Source of the DNA: Camelus ferus
Lineage: Eukaryota
DNA length: 64,000 bases
Assembly (NCBI RefSeq): GCF_009834535.1
Contig: NC_045707.1
Span: 57,476,001-57,540,000, forward strand
Reading direction: 5' to 3'
Shown: positions 11,351 through 25,628 of the stretch, piece after piece
How the letters are laid out: every line of letters starts with the position of its first letter
How positions within the stretch are numbered: position 1 is the first letter of the stretch
The notes under the pieces: model-generated
The model's input: the letters and a program-made list of their open reading frames with translations, nothing else
Databases searched by the model: none
What the model was told of the DNA's origin: nothing
Position numbers and translations under genes: made by a program

Positions 11351-14300
11351 TGTGCAAGTAAAGGACAGGTGGATAACTTCCAAGGTTTTGAAACCAGAAG
11401 TCCAACTCCTTTCCTTAGAGTCCTGTGCCACTCACTCCCACGCCACCCATTTTATAAAGGATCACCTCTTGAATACCAACTATCTAGAGGCATTACTGAG
11501 CACAAGCTTTGGTAGTAAATAACGCCATCTTTACTGCACCATCAAATCAAGATCAACTGATACTGTTGCTTGCCACAAAACCAAACATGTAACAGCAACC
11601 TCATGTATAATATTTGGACCCTTGGCTTCCATACAGCACTTTTCTAATTTTCTCAGATTTCTCAGACTGCTCTTTCCCAACCTCCTTCACCAATTTTTCT
11701 TCCTTTCCCTGATGCCTAAATATTGGCAGTCTTCAAGGATCCTTCTTTCCTACAATGACATTAATCAGTGAGCTCAGTAATTAGAGCTTGAAGAACATTG
11801 TCAGAATCAGGATGAAGCTCAAAAGCAAAAGATGTCTGTTTCTTTCCTCCACATGTGATTGTAAACCTTTTGAAAATAGGTACCACAATTTGTTCATTCT
11901 GGAAGCGTTCATAAGATATTTGTTAACAGTCAAATAGTGTTAATCTGTTAGGAAAAAAGTGCTCAGGACAGCTAATTCTTCCTTTGCACTTATTTTGCAT
12001 GTGTTCACTGATGGTGTGCACAATTTGAGTAGTACTGACATAGCACTTATGTTGACTTGTTAAATTAATAGTGATGAGATGATGGAGATGATGAAGAGGA
12101 GGAGGTCAGAACTGGGAAAGGTGGAAGAAAAAAAGACAAAACATAGATTCTTTAGATAATTTGTAACTAGCTTTACTCTGCCTTCTTTTTAATATAGATA
12201 GTCTAACTGTAGGAAAAAAGGAAACGATTCTCTCATACACCTTGAGCTTGAATGCTAGTCGAACATTTGAGTAAACTTCTTAATCTAACTTCACATGGTT
12301 TCATAATTTGTAAAATAGTGCATATGAAGGAATGATTGCAGTGACTGTCCTTAGGTGAAATTTCATTAAAAACCTGGTATTAAAACAAGGTGGTACATTA
12401 AAATCCTTCTGGTGGTAGCCATATAGATAGATGTCAGGAGCTGAGGGGCTCCAGTTAACCACTCATTACTTAAACTGGTCATGCACCAATATAGACTTAC
12501 TCAGTCATACTTTGGCTTTCAGGTAATTTTTCTTCTTTTTAAATTTCCCTATCGACTTCTTAAAGGAACAGAACAATTCTTTAGTGCTACCTGGGATACA
12601 AAATCAGAAGATAGATTAAAGAAATAAGTTTTCTTTGACAGCACCTGCAGTTTCTCACCAGACTGATGCATCCTGAGCTTTAGATTTTAGACACACTCCA
12701 CTGAATCAATCTGAACAGCTTGAAAAGAAAGAGCATCTTCTAAAGACGAACAAGAAAACTACCTTTACATTTCTTCTCTACTCTACATAGCAATTGTGGA
12801 ATCAATTTAATATTCCAAATGATGTACTAGTCAACAAAATGTTTGCCAGAAATTTAAACCTCCATGTTGCTCTGGTTTCCCCAAGAACATTTCCCCCTAG
12901 TAAACACTGCAAAATGCCTAATGAGGGCCCTAAGTAACTAATACCTGAAATTGGCTTCACATATTATTTGTCGCCTGACTCATCATGGTAGAATTTTTTC
13001 TCACCCTACAAAAACCTAAACGCCTCAAGGGCAGCCCTATGTTGTTTGATTCTTTCATGTCTCCACGTAAGTTCTCTGCAGACTGATGACTCAATAAAGA
13101 CCTGACAGCTGGTTGTATTTTAAGTCCATATATTCCAAACAGAGGCAGAAAGAGGGTGAATACTAACTGAACTAGGGTAACCTTCTCAAAAAGGCACATT
13201 TGGGAAATATATTTGTGAAGGGGCACTCAGAGGTACCTCCTTCTGAAAGGGCAAAAGGAAAACCCCAAAGCCAGTTGCATATCAGAAATGGCATCCATTA
13301 ATCTCTTTGCCAAGCGGCATAAAGTAAAGAGGCCTTTGAAAGGAGTTGCCCTTAAGAATGGAGTCATGGTTTAATGTGTTTGGTTTGGAGCACCTTGCCT
13401 TCAGAAGCCAGCACCTGCAGCAGACTGACAGAGCCGCTGCTTCTGGGAGCAGAGTGGGAATGATACTGGTGACATTTATGGTCCAACATTTCGAGAATTA
13501 ATTTACAATGGAAATGGTTCTTAGTGCAGTGAATACATCATTGCAGTGAAAGATTGACTCCCAGTTTATCAGCTATAAACTATGCAGCCTTCTTAAGTCC
13601 TTTAGAAGGCAAGCATTACAGACATTACTCACAGCTATTTGGGGTTCATAATTCACAGAGAGAATATTTGAAATATGAAGGTATATACCACTATAGTCAA
13701 ATCAAGAGCAAAGACCTAGAAATGGATTAGGAGGGGGAGAACAGTGAAGAAATGTGGTCCAGGTGCCTCTGTGTCCCTTCCCACCTCTGGTAAGATTTTC
13801 TATGGAAGCCACACGATTTTGTCCCTGGTAATCCCCTATATTTCACTTGAGCAAGCTCTCACAAAAACATTTTCTTCATTCAGCTTCTCTTTTCTTCATC
13901 ACTGATTTATAGCCAAACCATCATTTTCATTAGAAAATTTTCTGTAAACCTGTTAGAGAAAATAACACAAAGTGTGCATCTTCATGTTATTTTGGGGACT
14001 TCATGAAGTATTTACAAGTCCTTCATTTCCAGTCTTCAGTAATAACTAATTTTTTTCCTAAGACTTCTGGAATACCCTCCAAAAGACTTTGAGCACCTGT
14101 CTTTCTCAGGGGGAGATGGCTCTATCTACTGAAAGTAAAAAAATACTAGGGATATACTGGTAATAAACCTACATCTGAATGCTGATTAAATTATTGGCTA
14201 TATGAGTGAGACTTGTTTTATAACTGTCAAAATTAATACAAATTATGCAACAGGTATTAACATAAGCTATTGTATACTGCAGTAAGCTAAAACTAACAAT

Positions 14301-17300
14301 TGCATTTAAAAGCTAAAAGCTAGTCAGTGAGAAGCAGAAGGACTGAAATTGAAATTATTAGCACCAATTCTTGGCCCTGAAATAGACTTGGGATGAGCTC
14401 TTGGATTGAAATCAGTATTTTTCTGTGTCTTTAAATTAGCATGATCTTTCTCAAAGATGTCTTGAGTGTAAATAATATATGGTGGGGACAATTTTATAGG
14501 GCGTCTGAATGATCATTGGGGCAGTACGGAAAGACATACACTCCAATTAGCCTTCACAAAGCCTTTTGTCAGAGTTCAGTATGAGCTTCATGGGTTTGAG
14601 CAGTTGGGTAAGTATCCCAGTACCTGCCCTCATGTGCACCTTCTGTCTCTTCCAACCCATTCTTCCTTCTTATGGTCAAATCTAATGGGAGTAGTTGTAT
14701 CCACGTGCCAACAGCACAGGAAGTATTAGGGGTGCTTTTAAAAGTTGACTAACTCTGTAAAACAGAAATTACAGATTGGATAATGTTGATATGAGACTAG
14801 TTCGTATAAGTTGTTGTGCACTGTTTTGCTTTTTGTTTTTAATTAAAGTGTCCATTTAGAAAACTTGGAAAAAGCTAAAAAGGAAAAAATAATGAAGCAA
14901 TTAAATTTATAGCTCCCTCATCAAAAAACATTGTCACTCTTTGTACAGTAATACAAAGAAATCTGTACTGCAAGTACTCAGTGGAAGAGTTTGCGCCATT
15001 CTATAAAATGTCATTGTGTTGACTGAACATTTACTGGGAGCTAATATATAAAGTAATTGAAAAAATACCCCCCATAAAAATAGAAGTCTTTTATATAACT
15101 TACCAGCAAGTGACATGGCTCAGTGAGTAAAGCTAGAATGGACATACCAGAGATACTCAACCCTTTGTCAATGTTCCCAAGCACCACAGTAAATATAACA
15201 CATGAAACTTGATAGCCATGATTTTAAGAGTTAACCTCCGGAGAGGATTAGACTGATAATTAGAATCCTACGTATTTTAGTTTTGGTGAGCTATAAGTCT
15301 TGCCACTCAACTTTTATTATACATTGACTTAAAAAGGGATGATTTTGTCTACCACAATCAAGTAAGAATTAAAAATGATCTCATATATGGTGAAATAACC
15401 ATATTAACCTACATATATAGAAGAACATTGTGATTATAATATGACTATAGTTCACTTATGCCAATTCTTAGTATATGATTTCAATATATAACTCAGGTGT
15501 TTTTTCTCTAAGGATTAGTAGAAAATAGTGTTTGTAGCACTTTTGTATTATATGCTCATATATATTTGTTCATATTTCAGAACTTTATATTGTGAAAACA
15601 TTTTAAAGTTATAGCTTTAGTCATTCATGCAAAGAATGAAGACCTTAGTTTAGAAGGGAAATGAAATGGAAAAGATTAATAAGACTCTGGAGTTGAAAGT
15701 AGATTTTATTAGAACTTGCAAATTAACCAAAATAAAAGGAATAATAATTTTAGGTAATTTATTTGAATAGCTTTAATATCACAGCATTATGTAACTTCCG
15801 ATGTAAACATCAATGTTGAAAATCCTGCAGTTTGTCAGACTGAGCTTAAAATAATTCATTCTGGAATTTTGATTAAACTTGATTAATCAAATTTGATTAA
15901 TATTTATTGCTAGGCAGAAACAAGGAAAAGCTTCGTATGCTTATGTTTTCTCTAGTTCCACCTAAACATAACTTTTGGCTATAGTATTTAATCTATCAGT
16001 ATTCCTGTAATGGCTTAAATTAAACCAGACTACCTCTTGAGTCAACAACTTGTCACATCCCTAGGTTAAGAATAATTTAGTATGTTAGAAAATCATTCTT
16101 ATAATCTCCTCCCCAGCATTTTGTCTGAATTCTGCTGACCATTAATAGGCAAAGTAAGTTTCTCTGTGTATGGTGTGTGTTTGTGTCCCAGGACTTGATT
16201 TCAGAGCTTCATACACATGTATATAGCTAACCCTAAACATAGCTTGTGGAGATGGGTGTTAAGAACTTTGTTGTGACTGAGGAAAAGAGAGCATAGAGAC
16301 GGAAAGTAGTTTGATCCGCTTATTAACTGGGAACTTGTGACTTGACCAAGGTCGCCCTTACTTCACAGGTCACTCCCTTAACTATACCACACACCTAGTT
16401 TTCTACATTCTTTCCGTTGAATTAGAAAATGACAAAAAGCCCCCATGTGATAGTATTAAAGAACTCTTAAGCTGCTGAGTCACGTCTTGAATTCAGTTGG
16501 TTGTACTAACATGACTTTTGTGGTCATCAAGGATCTCGGCGACTTTATACCAGTACAGAACATTTAACCTTTCTGTCCTGGCCAGAAGTCTAATTTGAGC
16601 AGTTTCACTTTGATGCTCTATTTTTGATTGGTTAAGCCATTCATCCTGTTTGACATTGTTGCATGGTGTTGCTATGCTCACTTTAACCAGCTGTCACATT
16701 CCAGCCCAGAGGTGGGTGAAATGATTCGATTCGTGTTTATATGCAGTTCTGAAAGGGCCTTTAGATGCTTTGAGTTGGCAATATGTCAGTATAAAAGACA
16801 TTTATCCTTCCAGCACAGCTAGCCTGAAAGACTTTAGAAATTCTTTGTGTAACTTTAAAAATAGTTCTTTCTGCCATTCAAATATTGGCAATCTGTTCTT
16901 ATGCAATTATTTCTAGCTCTGTTATTAAGCCTGTGATTGTAAAGAGATGTCTTTGTAGTGGATACTCATTTCTTCATGTTGAATTGATTCTAAATTTGTA
17001 TGAGACTATTCATATCGTATATCCTGTCTTTCTGAAAGAGATTATAACACTTAAAACAGGATAGATGTTCTGATCTACAATTAGATATGGAAAGAAGTTT
17101 GAATGCCTCCAGTAGAGGTTCTACACAAGTATACAGATTGATTTGAGAATACAGACATTTATTTAATGAGCATTTATTTTATATCCTTTGCATGCCTGAA
17201 GTAAGACCAGATGCTGGGGATACAAAGAACAGTCCTGCACTGAGGGAACTCATAACCTAGTAGGAAAAACAAAACCCACGTGCTTTTAGTATTGTTTAGC

Positions 17301-19589
17301 CACAAACACACATTCCTTCCAAAAAAATATTGACAGCTTAGATCAGTGGAGATTTGGGTTTAGTTATCCAGGAAATCATCTCAGTTCTTTTGATCACTTT
17401 CCTGTGGAGAAAGCCAGTCTTCCCAGGTAGCACTGTCCCTACTCACAAAATGTGAAGCCAGTCAGGTGATTCAAGAAGTAACTTCAAAATCAGTAATTTT
17501 TCAAGAAGGAAAAAAGGGCCAACCCCATAACAGTCCATCTCTTTATCATCCTTCACACAAGCCACCCAGTTAACCAGTTGTTTTACTCATACTTTCACTT
17601 GTCAACAAGCCAGGCTAGCGTTTGGACAGAGTGAATTTGAGTAAAAGGCATTATCTTCAATAATAAATTAATATTTTTATTTTCAAGTTATATTTACTTT
17701 GTAGATAATTTTTCAAAGAACAAAGGTATATTTCTATTACTGTCATTACTTAATTGTGACAGTATGATTTTTAAAATACATTATTATATGTAATACAGTT
17801 ATTTAGGAAGATAAAATTTCCTTTTACTGAACTGAATATGGTATTACAGTGCTTCACTTTTATATCACATTTTTACTGTGCACAGAAGGAAAGTGTTACC
17901 ATTTAATTGTCTGTGAAATATTTTCAAGGAATCAGCTTTGATGTGAAAAAAATAATAGTTACTTAGAGAACTGTAATGCTGTAAGCTTGAGACACCCAAC
18001 CCAGTGAAAATCTGTTGAATAAAAATAGGGTAACCACAAAAAGTATTTAAAATGCATCTCTGATAATATGAAGATTTCACTTTTCTTCATTATTACCAGT
18101 TCTCACTTATTTTGATACTAACCTATCTCCTAGAGTGCCATTCCTATTTTAGTGATTCGTCAGCATTGATAACCTGATTAACCATTCCTTAATAAAAAAA
18201 AACCAAGGAATAGCAATCAGTCCAGGCTCAAGCTGAGTTAACTCAATGTCATTTATCTGGGCAAAAAGTAAAAAAGGCAGTCAATCAGTTAAAAGTTTTA
18301 AATGTTTGATGGCCGTGTATCAAGTAACCTCAACATCTGGGTGACTGGGTTTTAGTCTTTATATCCAGATGTCTGGCATCATGCAGACACAACCTCCGTG
18401 GTTCAGTCCGTCAACAGCTTTCATTGAGAACCCCCCTTGTGCTGGACAGCTCAGCAAGGACTAAAGGGAAACGTCACCTCGTCTATGGGCTACTATGATA
18501 TCCCCCTAATTAGTTTTCTTAACTTCACCTTCTCTCCATTCCCAACAACCAGAATACTGAAACACCATTGTCAAGTTCTTACTTCCTTGCTCCAGAGGCT
18601 TTCCTGGCCTCGGGGTTTCACTGAACTCTCTCGTTGCTGCATGAGTCTACAATAAGAGAGCTTACAAAAACTCCACCTATAAAGTGATCATGTTATTTAC
18701 TTTCTCTGTGTAAGGCCTTCCTCAGGTGCAGCCTGGAGTGGGTAATACTCAACTCCTTGATCTGTTTTGATGCTTAGCTATGTTTCATGCCTATCAGACT
18801 TTGAAAACTGTTCCGGAAACATAGTAGTCGCCCTATGAATAGAGATACTGTTTTTATCTACTCATGATCACCATTAATAATACCTGTAAAACTCAGTTTC
18901 TAGTATAAAAGAAGTGATTAATAAATGTCCCTTTTTAAACATCATTCAGGGTCAACATTTTCTTTACCGTAAAATCCCATTCATTATAAGATGTTCAATT
19001 TGAAACTTTTTGAGGAAAGATAGGCATAGACTATAAAACTCAGACTGATTTCCTAGATTACAGTGTGGAAAATCATGCTTCTTGAGGAAATACGCTGTTG
19101 TTTCTATCGCTATTACTATTATTTTTACAATTCCTACTTGTGTTATGTTCTAGACAAACTCAGTCAATTGCTTTGAGGGAAAAGAAGGAATCAAGAATGA
19201 TTCTAAAAATGTTGGCATGCTTACTTGTGCCTGTGGTGCCACAACATGAAATAGGATACGCAGGAGAAAAAGATGAGTTTAATTTCACCCATGTTAAGAT
19301 TGCTGTCAAGGGGGCAAACTCAGCTGGTCACTGAAAATATGCATGGCCTTCTGAGTAAAACTCAGCAGAATACTATCTGAAGAATGTTTTAATGTGGTTC
19401 TTTTAGTTACAGATCCACTCAGGCTGGCTCATATATAGGATTCATGAAGAGTAGTGAGGAAATCCCGCGGGCCTATGGGCACCAGAGCAGGAGGATATAT
19501 TTGGCATCAAGATAATTCTGAAGATCCCTGCTTTAAGCACTTATGAGTCTTCATCCTAAGTCTCAATTACTGTACTTTCTTTTATTATC

Positions 19590-19810
19590 ATATTTTGAGT
19601 ATTTGTTATGTGTTAGGCCCTGAGCTAAGCTATTTCATATGCTTTATGTCATGCGATTATCACAAAAAGTCTTGTGATTTATTCTATTATTATCTACATT
19701 TATAAGTGAGAAAATAACTTTTGAGAATCTGAGTAACTTACCCAAGTGCCTGCAGCTAATTAGTGATGAGTTAGTGGGACTCAATTTCACTCCTGTCCAG
19801 GGCCCCATAT
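19590..19810 (-). mobile_element. MIR SINE
   Basis: tattattatctacattttataagtgagaaaataact...gagtaacttacccaagtgcctgcagctaattagtgatgag, MIR core in reverse. Confidence 0.7.
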
Positions 19811-20479
19811 CTGCTACGAATAGTGGGGCCACAGTGGCCGCTGTGCTGTCTTCTGTCTCTGAATCTGCTCTGTCTACGCGTTCGCTGCTTAGGTTTACTT
19901 AACTCATATCCTTCCACAGTTCCAGCCTGTGTGTGGCCTGTCATCCTCTCCCTGTCCCGTCAACAGCATGACCTTTTTTCTCTATTTTTGAGTCTGAACT
20001 TACGATAATAAGTATCTGTTTCTTTCCATGCAATATTGAGATCAGGCTTTGCATTTCATGAATGTTGGTCAGTCTGTTGATTGGTTGCCCTCACATCACA
20101 CACCCATCCCTAACTGGTTAACAGTTGCTCAAAAGGCCAGCCAGGCCCATCAGAGGATGCCTGTGGAGCAGCTTCCCTTAGGAGAGGTATGACGAAATCA
20201 ATGGGAGAAGCATCTCTGTCCTAGGAGAGAGGGAGGGAGTGAGCCTATGGAAGTAGGAGAGGTCCACAGGAACCTGAAAAGGGAAGATGACACAACAGAA
20301 GCCTAACAAATAAATATATAAAGATTAACCAGAATAAAGAAAGTCAGTACAAGAAATTAACAGAAAAAAAAAATTAAGAGAACAGTAGAAAAACAGAAAA
20401 TAGTGTCAAAGAATTCTTTGAAAAAGAGAGTTTGAAAAATAAGGATACTACAACAACAAAAGCTTCAGCAGTATCACTT

Positions 20480-22090
20480 TTCATACAGTCCAGAGGACAC
20501 AGAGTTGAGCAGGAACCGGTCCCTGCTCTCAGGGTGCAGGAAGCAAATGTTAGTCATCACGTAAATCAATGCACAGTCTCATTTGTGAGACATGCTATAG
20601 AAAAGAGGTATATGGTATTTTGAGATGATAGAGGACTTGATACTGTGAAAGAGTTCGAGAAAAACTTGCCTTTGAATTGAAGCTGGAGCTGAGATCTCAA
20701 AGGAGTGGGAACCAACTGGGAGGAATGGAGGAGGGAAGAGCATGGCGGACAAGAGAGAATGTGTGAAGGTCCACTGGCTAGAGGGGATGTAGTGACTGAT
20801 AAAAGTCCCTTATATGGCTGGAGCGGAGAGAGGAGGGACGTGGCCAGAAAGAGGTAATGCTAGAGAGGGATAGAAGAGGTGGACATACAGAAACGTGAGG
20901 GTCATGGTAATAAGTTTATTTGGTCAATACCTGTGTGCAGTAAGCTGGTGGTGGGGGTGGAGTGACTGACATGATCAGATAAATATTCTGAGATGGTTCC
21001 TCTGGCTGCAATATGTAGGAAAGGTCAAATAATGGAGTTATGCAAGATTCTTTCTGTTTCAGTTAGCAGAATTCCCACTCACACTGGTTTAAGAAAAAAG
21101 ATCTTTGTTGGCACCAGACTTGTAAAACGTGGTCAAGAGCAGATATTCAGGCATTTTGGGATCCAGATGCTTAATAATATTTTCAGGGGAAAATCACTCT
21201 GCGTCACAGGTCTGACTTCTACTGTGTTGGCTTTATTTTTAGGCAAGCTCTCCTCTCCTGGGAATGAAATGGCAGCTGGCAGCCTAGAATAAAAAATCGC
21301 TTATACTATTACCCCAGCAGAAAGAGAAATTCTTCCCTATAGCTCCAGCTAATGTCCCAGGACTGACAATTACTGAACAACTTGGTCACATGTCCATCCA
21401 TGAAGCAATTACTCTGACCAAGGAAGAGGACACACTCATGGTCAAGCCTGAATGACTTGTCCATTTCTTGAAGTACAGTCAATCCCACCTGAACCACATG
21501 GCTTGAGAAAAGGAAAGGGACAGTCCCCAAAGAAAAACTTGGATGCTGTCTCCAGTAATGGGAGATCCAGGAAGGTTATGGGGGCCAGGTTAAGAAGGTC
21601 TTAATGATACTCCTGGATAGAGGTCACCATAGTTTGGATTGAGGGCAGAGATTTGAGAGATATTTAAGGAAAGTAAATCTAGAATTTTGTAATGAATTGA
21701 ACAAGAGGTAAGGGAGATCAGAGTATCAGGAGTATGTCTTAAGTTTCATGTTTGAGTGACTGGTGACATCATTCATTGAGAGAGTCAACACTGAAAGGGT
21801 GCTAGGTTAAGAGGTAGGGATACAGGCAGAACATCATGAGCTTAATTTGTACCATATTTACTTGGAGGCACCATTGAGACATTCAAGAGATGTTAAGAAC
21901 CTAAAGATCAGTTGTGTACATTGTTGGATATACAGATATTAAAATCAGGAAAGATATCTGGGCTGGAGGTGTAATCTTGCCCAGGGCTAGAACGGTCTAC
22001 TGCTTTATAATGATCATGGATAGTGACAGAGGCAGCGGCAGATTTCAGTCAGTGGAATGAGTAAAAGATAAGGAAACAGAGACCACAATT
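20480..22090 (-). mobile_element. L2 LINE remnant, interrupted by a MaLR LTR
   Basis: Purine-rich antisense L2 text (gtccctgctctcaggg...gagctgagatctcaaagga...tgacatgatcagat...ctctggctgcaatatgtagga; resumes after 21575 ...gagatatttaagga...gatatctgggctggag). Confidence 0.65.
21030..21575 (-). mobile_element. MaLR (MLT1K/L-like) solo LTR nested in L2
   Basis: gattctttctgtttcagttagcagaattcccactcacactggtttaagaaaaaag...cttggtcacatgtccatcc...aatcccacctgaaccacatgg...ccccaaagaaaaacttggatgctgt. Confidence 0.65.
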
Positions 22091-22102
22091 ATGTACCAGT
22101 CA

Positions 22103-22330
22103 TTATGGCAGATTAAATACGGCTTCAGATTCATTACTATTTCTTCCATTGAAAAGTGACATTTAATTTGCTTCTTGGGGATCCTGGGTTGACTTTAGTA
22201 ACTTGCTTGACCAGAAGAATGTGGTAGACATGATGTTCTAGGACTTTTCGTGCTAGGTCATACATAGGGAGCCTTGTGATTTCTGCCTGAGCATCCTGGA
22301 ACATGTGCTGTGAAGAGGCCCAAATAGCCC
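22103..22330 (+). mobile_element. MaLR (MLT1G/H-like) LTR 5' fragment
   Basis: tatggcagattaaa...cttccattgaaaagtg...gtaacttgcttgaccagaagaatgtggtagacatgatgttctaggacttt...gctaggtcata. Confidence 0.65.
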
Positions 22331-25170
22331 AAATAGAGTGTTCTTGCTAAAATTATTAAGCTCCTTAAGCCTCTATTTCCTTATTTGCATAATAATACAC
22401 ACAATAATTTTTAGTAGTTGCTTTATCATTAGTGTTCACTTAATCTGTAATAAAGTGAATTAAGTAGCATAAAAGGAGATAAGATTTGGCTTGTTTTTCC
22501 CTTTACAAAGGATTCTTTTTGTAAGATATTAGCACTATAACAGTTTTAGTGGTAACTATTTATAATGTTATCATAAGCTGTCCTTTACTCCATTTTACAA
22601 TCTGGCAAGGAAAATTTAAAAGAGAGCAATACATTAATAATTTTAGACCCAGTTTAAACTTTGGATTAAATTCTAGATCCTTTTCTCAGCAACTGTAGTA
22701 TTTTAAACAATTAAATCATTAGTCAACTAACATCAAACCAGAATTCTTAAAGAAATAAATTAGATGGTCTGTGCTTTTTGCGATAGTGTGGGACCATTCA
22801 GAGGTGATATTTTCAGGGGCCCTTTGCCATCTGAGCAGGGCTTTTCTGAGCTGGTGCTCTAATACCACTCCCAGAAATACCACCTCTGAAAGTCAGGGAA
22901 TTCAACTGCTTCTTTAACCTAGTAACTGTTACAACCTCAAAGAGAGAATTTCAGGAAACACCACTCTCAGATTAGGTATTTAATGGAATATTTAAGATGG
23001 AATGCCATCTTAAAGAAGAACTTACGGCTATGATATAACCGATAATTTTATCTGACTTACATTTTTCAAATGAGGAAAACAATAGGAGCAATCAAGACAC
23101 CTATATAGCAGCTTGCTTCCAAGTGGTACTTCTCAATTTCCATAACCTCACTGGATGTAGTTTTCCTGTGTAACCCAGTGAACTTGCATTTCCCAGGCTT
23201 GAGGAGAAGGGAGTCTCTTTGGACTCTTATTTCCTGAGAACCTCCTCCCCATCAAGTTGCAGATGGGAAAGGGAACATTTTCCTTGTTTTCCTATAAATT
23301 GACTGGTAGTGACATGTTTTCCACCAGCAGAGATGGGTCTGATAAAAGCTTAGTGGCAGCCCGGTTGTCCAGTCCATGGGATTTATAGATGGCAAAATCC
23401 TGTCCTTACTTGAATATTTTGCCAGTATCACCCCTTCTCCACTCACCTGTCCTACTTTCTTGAAGTAGGGAAGGCTCTTCTGGGTCTGGACTACTGTAAC
23501 CAATTCCCAAAGGCCCTTGTCAAAAAAGTGTGTATGACTGCATGTGATGCGTTGTGCTGAGCTCTTTACTGAATAGACGCTAGCCTTCAATTTAGTCCGT
23601 TGGAAATGAGATTAATCGAGCAAGCTGTCATAGAGAGTACTGTCTTTAATTATACATTAATCACATCTGTATTAAATCCAGAGCTAAATAAAACTCTAAA
23701 TATTTTGAAGCATTATAATAGTAACAGAATATCAAATTCACTTGCAAGGATAGGATTAGCTGGGGTTTGGTAATAAAATTAATATTTATTCACTTGAATT
23801 AAAAAATCACATTATATTCTGCTTATTTTGATTAAATGGAATAGCATATGCTAATGTGTTTTAACATTGAGCTTTAAAAAAAAAACAATATTCTTATAGT
23901 TCCCTTTATTTTAATTCTACTAAGAACAACAAATTTCCAACTTCTTCATAGGAGACAGTGTCTAAGAAAAGTGAATCACTCAAACTGAAGTTGAAATTAT
24001 ATTGACTCTTTATAATGCCCTCTTGAATTCTCTTACCTTCAAATCCTCACTGTCAGATCATGGATAAGACTGACCTGTGTGCTGACAGTCAGCATCCCGT
24101 ATGAGGGCATGATGCTAAAAGTGACAGTGGCTACAATATTTTTTGAACCCAGCCCCTCTTCTCTCCCTTCCTTTATGGAATAACGTCTATTCTTGTAAGC
24201 CTGATGACTGGTTTGTCCAGAAAGAAGGGGAAACCTTCCTGAGAATGGCGTGATTGCCAGGCTCTAGCCAAGAATCCATATGCTTTGGCTGGTGAATATA
24301 TGTAACTACAAACCATTAGACATTTTGAATTAATGTACAAATGAGAGGATAAGACAATTATCTTTATTTGCTCTCTGTGAACAGCTACTGTAGATGCTTC
24401 AAGGATATTTCCTTTTTCTCTCTCTCAGTGGTAACCTTGTGAGAATTATCCCAGTGATTGGCTACCTAATTTTCCAATTAATTGTTTAATTTTATCTCAA
24501 TTTATTCTAAAAGAAATTTAAATGATGAACAATAAAGGGTACATGTTCATCACACAACACATGCAGTAAAATACAATTAATAAAATGAAAAAGGCTGTGA
24601 AAAAGAGAAAGGCAATTGCAATCTGCTTCACTTTACTGCAGTTTGTGTAAATTTTCTTATGCCAGCATTTTAATAATACAAAAAAAATCAGCTCAGTACC
24701 TTTAAATATTTTATTGACAATATTAATATATTAATGTATCAAGATGTTTTCAGGCAAGTAAATAAATATGACCTAATACATGATTTCTAATGTACTGTAG
24801 GTATTAAGATGATGTAATGTTGTACATTCTTTTTGTTTAAAAATATGTTATTGTCCTGAATATCTTCTATATTTTCTCCACAGAGACACACACTTTGATA
24901 TTATACTGGTACAACACTAAGATAAAGGAAAAATTAGTAGTTAACAGGCTCCCTTGAAATATACTCAAAATAGAAATATGGTATTTTCATCTGTGACACC
25001 AACAGGACCTAAACTGAGTCCATGAAATGATAAATATTCAGATTCATCTATAAAACCAACTGTTTCAGTATTTGCAGCTCCATCCTAAAGATTCCGTATC
25101 AATGACTGTCGATTCTATTGAGGGTTCTTTCACAAAATCATAAACCAAAGTATTTCTTCATTGAAACAAT

Positions 25171-25176
25171 TTTATT
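25171..25176 (-). terminator. MYF5: Probable MYF5 polyadenylation signal AATAAA
   Basis: tttatt on + strand ~590 nt past the MYF5 stop. An alternative AATAAA lies at 25307-25312. Site usage cannot be read from sequence. Confidence 0.6.
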
Positions 25177-25628
25177 TATGGCGGAATTTCCAAAATCTCT
25201 TGTATCTTGAAATCATCCACAAAGTACTATTTTGTGCTTACATTAAAAAGATGCATTTTTATAAGAAAAAATCAAAATATATACCATTAGGCAGTATTGT
25301 TATAGTTTTATTTAACACAATATAACCAAAGGATTAAAGAGAAAAGCAAACATTAACTGTATTTAAACTCCCTATAACTGATTTCCAGCTGTTCTAATGT
25401 TTTAGAGAAAATATAAGGATTTAAACATCAGAGATAATATTTTGATAAGCAATATTTATAAAAAATATAAGTTAAGTATTGCAACAAGCTACCTGTGATG
25501 AATTGCCCCCTATAAGAAATACTATTGGGACTACATATCTAAAGCAAAGACAAAAGAAACAAAGAAGAAAAGAAATAAAGTATTAATTGCAATAGTGACT
25601 TTTTAGTTAAATACACTTTCTTATAAAG

